A stretch of DNA of 64,000 bases, from the NCBI GenBank assembly GCA_965224085.1, contig CBDCYI010000005.1, positions 1,984,001 through 2,048,000 on the forward strand, in the 5' to 3' direction. The DNA comes from Candidatus Marinacidobacterales bacterium. GTDB taxonomy: Bacteria > Acidobacteriota > Vicinamibacteria > Marinacidobacterales > SMYC01. The position numbers were made by a program, and so were the translations under genes. Within the stretch, counting starts at the first letter, position 1. Every line of letters begins with the position of its first letter. Below, one piece after another: positions 58,620-64,000 of the stretch. The notes beneath the pieces were generated by a model that saw only the letters and a program-made list of their open reading frames with translations, was not told where the DNA came from and searched no databases.

Positions 58620-59993
58620 TCATTCCCTGATTCCCTTTTCCGCCATGAGCTTTTCGATCTCATCCGGCTCGATGGGAGCATGGGCGGTGAGCCACTCGTG
58701 GCCGTCCTCCGTCACCACGATGACGTCCTCGAAACGAACGGCGAACTCGTCCGCCTGGACGTTCCACTCGATGACAAAGCACATGCCGGGCTCCCAGGGA
58801 ATGTCGTAGTCGCCCACATCGTGGATCTCCATGCCCACGAAGTGGCTGATTCCGAAGAGCACGGTGCGCTCGCCTAGCCCCGCCTCCGCCATGAGCCGGT
58901 CCTTGAGCGCCTGGCTCTTCCGGAACGTACCTCCGGGCTTCACCGCCGCGATCGTCTCTTTCTGGATCCGGGTGACGATCTCGGCGATACGGCGCTGCTC
59001 GCGCGTGTACTTGCCGCTCACCGGAATCGTGCGCCCGAAGTCCGAGGTGTAGTGCTTGTACTCGGCGCCGATGTCGTAGCTGATCATGTCGCCGTCCTTG
59101 ACCGGCCAGGACCCGAGACGCGGCGTGAGGCCGATCGGCCACTCGCGCTCGCCCCGTGGCCTCGGCGGTCCGGTAATTCTCACGTTGGTACGGAACGACG
59201 GGGCGGCGTGCTCGTAGGCGAAGACGAAGTTCACGATGGCGCCGATCTGCTGTGTCGTCAACCCGGCGCGGACCGCCCTGGCAGATTCCTTATACGCCTC
59301 GACCGTGATGTCCGAGGCTTTGCGCAAGAGCTCGATGTCCTTCTCGTCGTGGATCATCCGGAGTCGGTTCAGGATGTCGCTGGCGTCCTTCATCTGGACC
59401 TCGGGCGAGAAGTAGCGGATGCGATTCGCCACGTCCAGCCGCTCCGGTGGCGTGGTCGACAGGTTCAAGAAGCGCTGGTAGTTGAAATAGACGATCTTCT
59501 CCGTCCCCAGCGCCCGGGAGAGGTCGGTGGCCAGGGGCTTGCTGCCACGCTGCCAGGTTCGCAGCAGAGAGTAGTCGCTCATCGCATCCGACAGGTGCTC
59601 CAGAAAGAGCTGGTAGGGATAAACGTACTCGATCCCCGTCTTGTTCCGGACGGTTTCCGGATCCCCCGACGTGTAGAGGATCTCCCGGTAGGTTTCCGCG
59701 CCCGGGGCCATCACCAGGGCCGACTCCCAGGTGTCGGCTCCATCGAGCCCGGTCAGGTAAATGAAGTCGTGGAGATCGGAGTGGGGTACGAAGAACTCGT
59801 AGATGAAGTCCTGGTCCTTCTTGGACGCCATGATGACGGCGATACCGCCTTCCATCGCGCTTTGGAACCTCGCGCGGCGCGCGCGGTGATGCTCGACGTC
59901 TATCGGCTCTTCCTCGCGCTGAGACCAACCCAACGGGGCCTGCAAAAGAGCGAAGCACAACACGAAACGAAAGATCCGGGTCGCTCTCGTCAT
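58620..59993 (-). CDS. Xaa-Pro aminopeptidase (M24B), exported
   Basis: Signal peptide; DIGAEY..YTSDFGRT.P, SHFVGMEIHD, RFED. Confidence 0.9.
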   Translation of the reverse strand: MTRATRIFRFVLCFALLQAPLGWSQREEEPIDVEHHRARRARFQSAMEGGIAVIMASKKDQDFIYEFFVPHSDLHDFIYLTGLDGADTWESALVMAPGAETYREILYTSGDPETVRNKTGIEYVYPYQLFLEHLSDAMSDYSLLRTWQRGSKPLATDLSRALGTEKIVYFNYQRFLNLSTTPPERLDVANRIRYFSPEVQMKDASDILNRLRMIHDEKDIELLRKASDITVEAYKESARAVRAGLTTQQIGAIVNFVFAYEHAAPSFRTNVRITGPPRPRGEREWPIGLTPRLGSWPVKDGDMISYDIGAEYKHYTSDFGRTIPVSGKYTREQRRIAEIVTRIQKETIAAVKPGGTFRKSQALKDRLMAEAGLGERTVLFGISHFVGMEIHDVGDYDIPWEPGMCFVIEWNVQADEFAVRFEDVIVVTEDGHEWLTAHAPIEPDEIEKLMAEKGIRE

Positions 59994-60012
59994 ACGAAAC
60001 TCCTTGTCGAAC

Positions 60013-60120
60013 TTACAGAGGCATTGGAATCCGACGATACGGCGTCCATCGAACGCCGGCACCATCCCGTTGTTCGCGGAGCACGGCGAGGACAACGAGC
60101 GACTTGCGGCGAGACCTCAT
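60013..60120 (-). other. 35-aa small ORF or collapsed gene remnant
   Basis: AGGAGG RBS; MRSRRKSLVVLAVLREQRDGAGVRWTPYRRIPMPL*. Confidence 0.4.
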
Positions 60121-60193
60121 GGCCACCTCCTGGGCAAAGCGAGCAACATAGCAGAGCAAACAGAATCCGACCGTGCCCGCTCCAAGCGGAGGG

Positions 60194-60222
60194 ATTCTAC
60201 CGCCGGGTCAATAAAATCTCAA
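60194..60222 (-). promoter_or_regulatory. sigma70 promoter with operator in spacer
   Basis: Minus TTGAGA-17 bp-TAGAAT; TTGAC-N6-GTAGA at 60211-60196. Confidence 0.6.
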
Positions 60223-61118
60223 GCCGGGGAAGATGCGCGCGGCGTGAGACCGCAGATGTCGGCGACACGCTCCATGACATGCCGGAGAATCCGGAGATCG
60301 GGGTCATCCTCCTTGATGGGAGTATCCATGACGAGGTGATCGATACCCAGTTCCACGTGCCGGGCGTGGGTCTCGGCGTTGATCGGGTAGGTGTTTCCCG
60401 GACGCGCGATGACGGGAAGCGAGTCGTAGTCTCGACCGATTTGCTCGCAAAAGCCCTTTAGCTTGCCGAGTCCCTTCTTCAGCTGCTCCAGCGTAATCTG
60501 GGTCGGGTGCCAACCGTCTCCCACCCGGGCCACCCTTCGGAGCGTCGCGTCGCTGTGCCCGCCCCAGAAGACCGGAATCGTCGGCTGGACGGGTCGCGGA
60601 TACATTTTGAATCCGGACACCTGCCAGAATTCGCCCTGGAAGTCGACCGTTTCGCCGCTCCAGCACTGGCGCATGAGCTCGATCATCTCGGCGGCGCGCT
60701 TTCCTCTCCGGGAAAACGGCACATCGATCAGGTCGAACTCCTCTTCCATCCATCCCGCTCCCACTCCGAGGATGAAACGGCCACCGGTAAGGTAGTCCAG
60801 AGTGGAGAGCTGCTTCGCGAGAAGGAGGGGATTCCTGAGTGGAATCACCGCCACGGAGGTGCCGACTTTCAGGTTGGGGCAGCTCGCAGCGGCCCAGCAC
60901 AGCGACAACAGAGGGTCGAGCCAGGCGGTTTCCGGCGGGTAGTCCCACCGACCGTGCGAACGGTAGGGGTAGTAGGCCTCCACGGTTTCCGAGAGCGCCA
61001 CATGATCGGTCACCCAGACCGAGTGGTAACCCAACTCCTCCGCCCAGTGGGCGACCTTCGTCATGTTCTCCGGACTGGCCTTCGATCCCGCGTTAGGGAT
61101 GATGACTCCCGCCTCCAT
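60219..61118 (-). CDS. LLM-class (putatively F420-dependent) oxidoreductase
   Basis: WVTDHV...YPY, GTSV.V.P.RNP, G.GAGWMEEEF, GDGWHP. Confidence 0.9.
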   Translation of the reverse strand: MEAGVIIPNAGSKASPENMTKVAHWAEELGYHSVWVTDHVALSETVEAYYPYRSHGRWDYPPETAWLDPLLSLCWAAASCPNLKVGTSVAVIPLRNPLLLAKQLSTLDYLTGGRFILGVGAGWMEEEFDLIDVPFSRRGKRAAEMIELMRQCWSGETVDFQGEFWQVSGFKMYPRPVQPTIPVFWGGHSDATLRRVARVGDGWHPTQITLEQLKKGLGKLKGFCEQIGRDYDSLPVIARPGNTYPINAETHARHVELGIDHLVMDTPIKEDDPDLRILRHVMERVADICGLTPRASSPA

Positions 61119-61130
61119 GGGGCCTCCTTT

Positions 61131-61164
61131 GCGACTCGTAGGTCAAACCGCCGGATGATAGCAT
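61131..61164 (-). promoter_or_regulatory. Extended -10 promoter and operator
   Basis: Minus TGcTATCAT, then TTGAC-N6-GTCGC (61146-61131) just before RBS. Confidence 0.5.
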
Positions 61165-61238
61165 AGCTCCGGAGCCTCTTCCGGTAACGCGCGTCCTGGA
61201 TTCCACTGAGGCGATCGCGGCATAATTAGGAGGTGCTC

Positions 61239-63338
61239 ATGAAGGAACGAGCGCGTCGAACCGCGTGGGCTCTGGTGCTTTGCCTGGCGTCGGCCACGAT
61301 CGCGGCTGGCCAGGAGAAGCTCCTCGAACGCCTGTCGGAGGAGCACCGTCTCTGGCTCGAACAGGATGTCCGCTACATCATTACCGATCGAGAGAGAGAC
61401 GTTTTTCTTTCTCTCGAAACGTTGGAAGAGCGGGATCGCTTCATCGAGGCCTTTTGGCGAAGGCGTGATCCGTCGGCCGCCACGCCCGCGAACGAGTTCA
61501 AGGAAGAGCACTACCGGCGCATCGAGCACGCCAACAAGATTCTGGGGCGCGGGACACACCTGGAAGGATGGCGGACGGATCGCGGTCGCTACTACATCAT
61601 ACTGGGGGAGCCGCGGAGCATCGAGCGGTTCGGTGGCCACCCCGACGTCTACGACTCCGAGCTCTGGATGTACGACGGTGATACCCGCAGGGGCCTTCCC
61701 CCTTTTTTCTATCTTCTGTTCTTCCAGAAGGCCGATGTCGGCGAGCTGAGGCTCTACCATCCCGTGCTCGATACCCCGGAAGGGCTGCTCCGGGGCACGA
61801 CCCACCTGCCGGGCGCGGCCAATGTTGGCGCTCTGGAGACCCTGGAGAACATGTCGACGGAGCTCGCCCACGCCTCGCTCACGTATGACGCGAGCGAAGC
61901 GCCCGACTTAATTGGCGGCGAGCCCTCGCTGGGGGTCAACATCGTTCTCGCCCGAATCGAAGACTCTCCCAAGCGGCTCGTTCGCACGGACTGGGCGGCC
62001 GCCTGGCAGGTATACCGCAACCGGGTCGCTGCGGAGTACTCCTTCAACTATGTTCCCAATCGGCACGTCTTCGCCGTCATGGTCGGCCCGGAAGCAACGC
62101 CCTTCGTTCACTACAGCATCGAGCTCGACCCGGAAAGTTTCGGTCTCGAAGCGGACGACAACGGCAACAAGTTCTATACGACGCTGGACGTGACCTTCGA
62201 AGCGATGGATCCCGAAGGGAGGCTCGTTTTTTCCACCACGAACTCCGCCTACGTCGAGCTCACGCCCGAGCAGGTCCGTAGCGTGCAGAGGGCGCCCTTT
62301 GCCTACCAGGACGATGTGCCGGTCCTGCCCGGCCGCTACACGCTTTCGGTGATTCTGAGAAACCGCGCCATGACCAGCTATACGGTCGCCGAAGCCGAAG
62401 TGGAGGTCCCATCGTTCGAGCCCGGCCGTCCGGCGCTCGCCGACGTGATCTTGTATCACGGCGCCGAGATGGCTTTTGCGCAGTCCATCGACCCGCTGGA
62501 AATTCGGACCTTTCAGCTCGGAGGTCTTCGTCTCGAGCCCGCATCGGACCGTTTGTTTGCGGTTGGTGAAGCCATTAACGTTTTCACTCAGAGCTATGAG
62601 TCGCCACCGGGCTACCAGGTGACGTTCGAGCTCGTCGATGGGGAGCGCGTCTTCGACTCTGCCGTGACCGTGCTCTTCGAGTCGTCGGGCGGCGGGGTCA
62701 CCGCGGAGTTGACCACGTTGGGGATGGAGGGCGGGAACTATCAGGTCCGAGCGCGACTTCTCACGCCCGGTGGTGAGCTTTCGGCGGAGCGATCGGTACC
62801 GATCGTGCTGTCTCCACGGACGGCGGTCCCCCGCCCGGGATTCGTTTTTCGAAGAGCATTCGATACGAGAATCCCGGGACTGCTCTCGCTCACAATGGCC
62901 GACCAGTTATCGAATGTGGGTCGGCACGACGAGGCTCGAGCCGAGTACGAGAAGGTTGTCGCCGCGGAGAATCCGGATCTCGCTCAGGCTCGCTGGAAGC
63001 TCGCCATGGCTTACCTCAGGACTCAGGATGGGGCGCGAGCCCTCTCCCTCCTCGCGCCGCTCGAGCAATCCCACGCTTCGCGTTTCGAAGTCGTTGCCGG
63101 GCTCGGCTTCGCGCATTACTTCCAGAGAGATTTTCAGAGGGCGAGCGAGTATCTGGCGAAGGCGATGACGATCCGTCCTCCGGATGCCAGTCTCTTGAAC
63201 ATCGCGGCCGACTGCCACGAGCGCCTGGGGAACCCGGACAAGGCCAAGGCCTATTTCCGGCGCTCGCTCGAGCTGAACCCCAACCAGGAGGGCGTCAAGG
63301 CTCGCCTTGCCGAGCTGTCCAGCAACGAGTACTTCTAA
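61239..63338 (+). CDS. GWxTD domain protein with C-terminal TPRs
   Basis: WL..DV.YII, FW.RRDP, GWRTDRGR.YI..G.P; TPR-like helices. Confidence 0.92.
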   Translation: MKERARRTAWALVLCLASATIAAGQEKLLERLSEEHRLWLEQDVRYIITDRERDVFLSLETLEERDRFIEAFWRRRDPSAATPANEFKEEHYRRIEHANKILGRGTHLEGWRTDRGRYYIILGEPRSIERFGGHPDVYDSELWMYDGDTRRGLPPFFYLLFFQKADVGELRLYHPVLDTPEGLLRGTTHLPGAANVGALETLENMSTELAHASLTYDASEAPDLIGGEPSLGVNIVLARIEDSPKRLVRTDWAAAWQVYRNRVAAEYSFNYVPNRHVFAVMVGPEATPFVHYSIELDPESFGLEADDNGNKFYTTLDVTFEAMDPEGRLVFSTTNSAYVELTPEQVRSVQRAPFAYQDDVPVLPGRYTLSVILRNRAMTSYTVAEAEVEVPSFEPGRPALADVILYHGAEMAFAQSIDPLEIRTFQLGGLRLEPASDRLFAVGEAINVFTQSYESPPGYQVTFELVDGERVFDSAVTVLFESSGGGVTAELTTLGMEGGNYQVRARLLTPGGELSAERSVPIVLSPRTAVPRPGFVFRRAFDTRIPGLLSLTMADQLSNVGRHDEARAEYEKVVAAENPDLAQARWKLAMAYLRTQDGARALSLLAPLEQSHASRFEVVAGLGFAHYFQRDFQRASEYLAKAMTIRPPDASLLNIAADCHERLGNPDKAKAYFRRSLELNPNQEGVKARLAELSSNEYF

Positions 63339-63528
63339 TAGCCTCTATCGGGGTCGACAAGGTTCAACAGAGGTTGTCCCTCCTGCCACCGTTTTTCCGC
63401 CGGGATTGAGGTTCAGCTGGATTTCCCGCTCAATTGCACCCTAACCTAATGATGGATTTCGCCTTCACTCTGAGTATTTACACTACGGGATATCGACAAC
63501 GACGGTTATCTCGACGTCTATGTAGGGC

Positions 63529-64000
63529 TCACGGAACGACCCCCAACCCTTCTACCGCGATGAGACGCCGGCCAGCCGCTGCGGGACCGAGCTTCTCCAC
63601 CTCTCCCGAAGGCCATCGGATCACGATTCTCTCCGCGCTTTCGGCGGAAGCCAGGCCGAATAGCAGCGCCAGCGGCCCCTGCGAGAGATAGCTTGAGCCC
63701 GCTTTGATCTCTTTGAAGTACTTTTTTCCACCCGCTTCGATGGTCACCCGGGCTCCGACGGCGTCCCGGTTGGACCGACGCCCGACCAGACGGAGGCCAA
63801 TCCAGCGATTGCGGTTGCCTCCTTCGTTCCGCAAAAGCAGGGGTGCTTCACCGGACATGGTCACCAGGATGTCTTCGTCTCCGTCATCGTCGAAGTCGCC
63901 GGGAGCTGCTCCGCGGCCGACCATCTCTCGGCTGAATCCCGGTCCGGCTCGGTGGGAGATTTCCTCGAAGACCCCGTCCCCTCGGTTCTGGAATAGAAAG
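63529..64000 (-). CDS. CRTAC1-family / FG-GAP + ASPIC-UnbV protein, 3' part (partial)
   Basis: GDFDDDGDED, SNRDAVGARV, GSSYLSQ, FGL, IRWPSG. Confidence 0.88.
   Translation of the reverse strand, partial: FLFQNRGDGVFEEISHRAGPGFSREMVGRGAAPGDFDDDGDEDILVTMSGEAPLLLRNEGGNRNRWIGLRLVGRRSNRDAVGARVTIEAGGKKYFKEIKAGSSYLSQGPLALLFGLASAESAERIVIRWPSGEVEKLGPAAAGRRLIAVEGLGVVP

Overview
GC-rich bacterial DNA, most likely Acidobacteriota. This is inferred from a GWxTD-TPR protein, a CRTAC1/ASPIC-UnbV protein, an Oar-like TonB-dependent receptor and a VPS10/BNR protein. No rRNA, tRNA or CRISPR array was seen. Layout: (1) 1-2.9 kb, remnants of four mobile elements and a truncated membrane gene. (2) 3.1-15.4 kb, a catabolic/uptake operon with 4 SDRs, a Na+/solute symporter plus small partner, cupin, PLP aminotransferase, cyclase and a polar amino-acid ABC system. 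(3) 15.6-34 kb, two PQQ dehydrogenases and a divergent acyl-CoA pathway (AtuA pair, biotin carboxylase system, 2-oxoacid dehydrogenase E1/E2, LLM oxidoreductases, hydratase, thiolase, truncated TetR). (4) 34-60 kb, the most unusual part: an exported-hydrolase locus with 4 degenerate-motif DUF885 proteins, 3 tandem GGT-like Ntn-hydrolases, MFS, MaoC, a sigma54-type TonB-dependent receptor, M24 peptidases and a VPS10 protein, interrupted by IS1634. The GGT-like proteins have Ser instead of Thr at the nucleophile position and lack the glutamyl-binding motifs; a remnant of a fourth copy is also present. A TTGAC-N6-GTCAA-like palindrome recurs at seven promoter regions across the window, suggesting one regulon. 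All family calls are from motif recognition by eye; no database searches were run.
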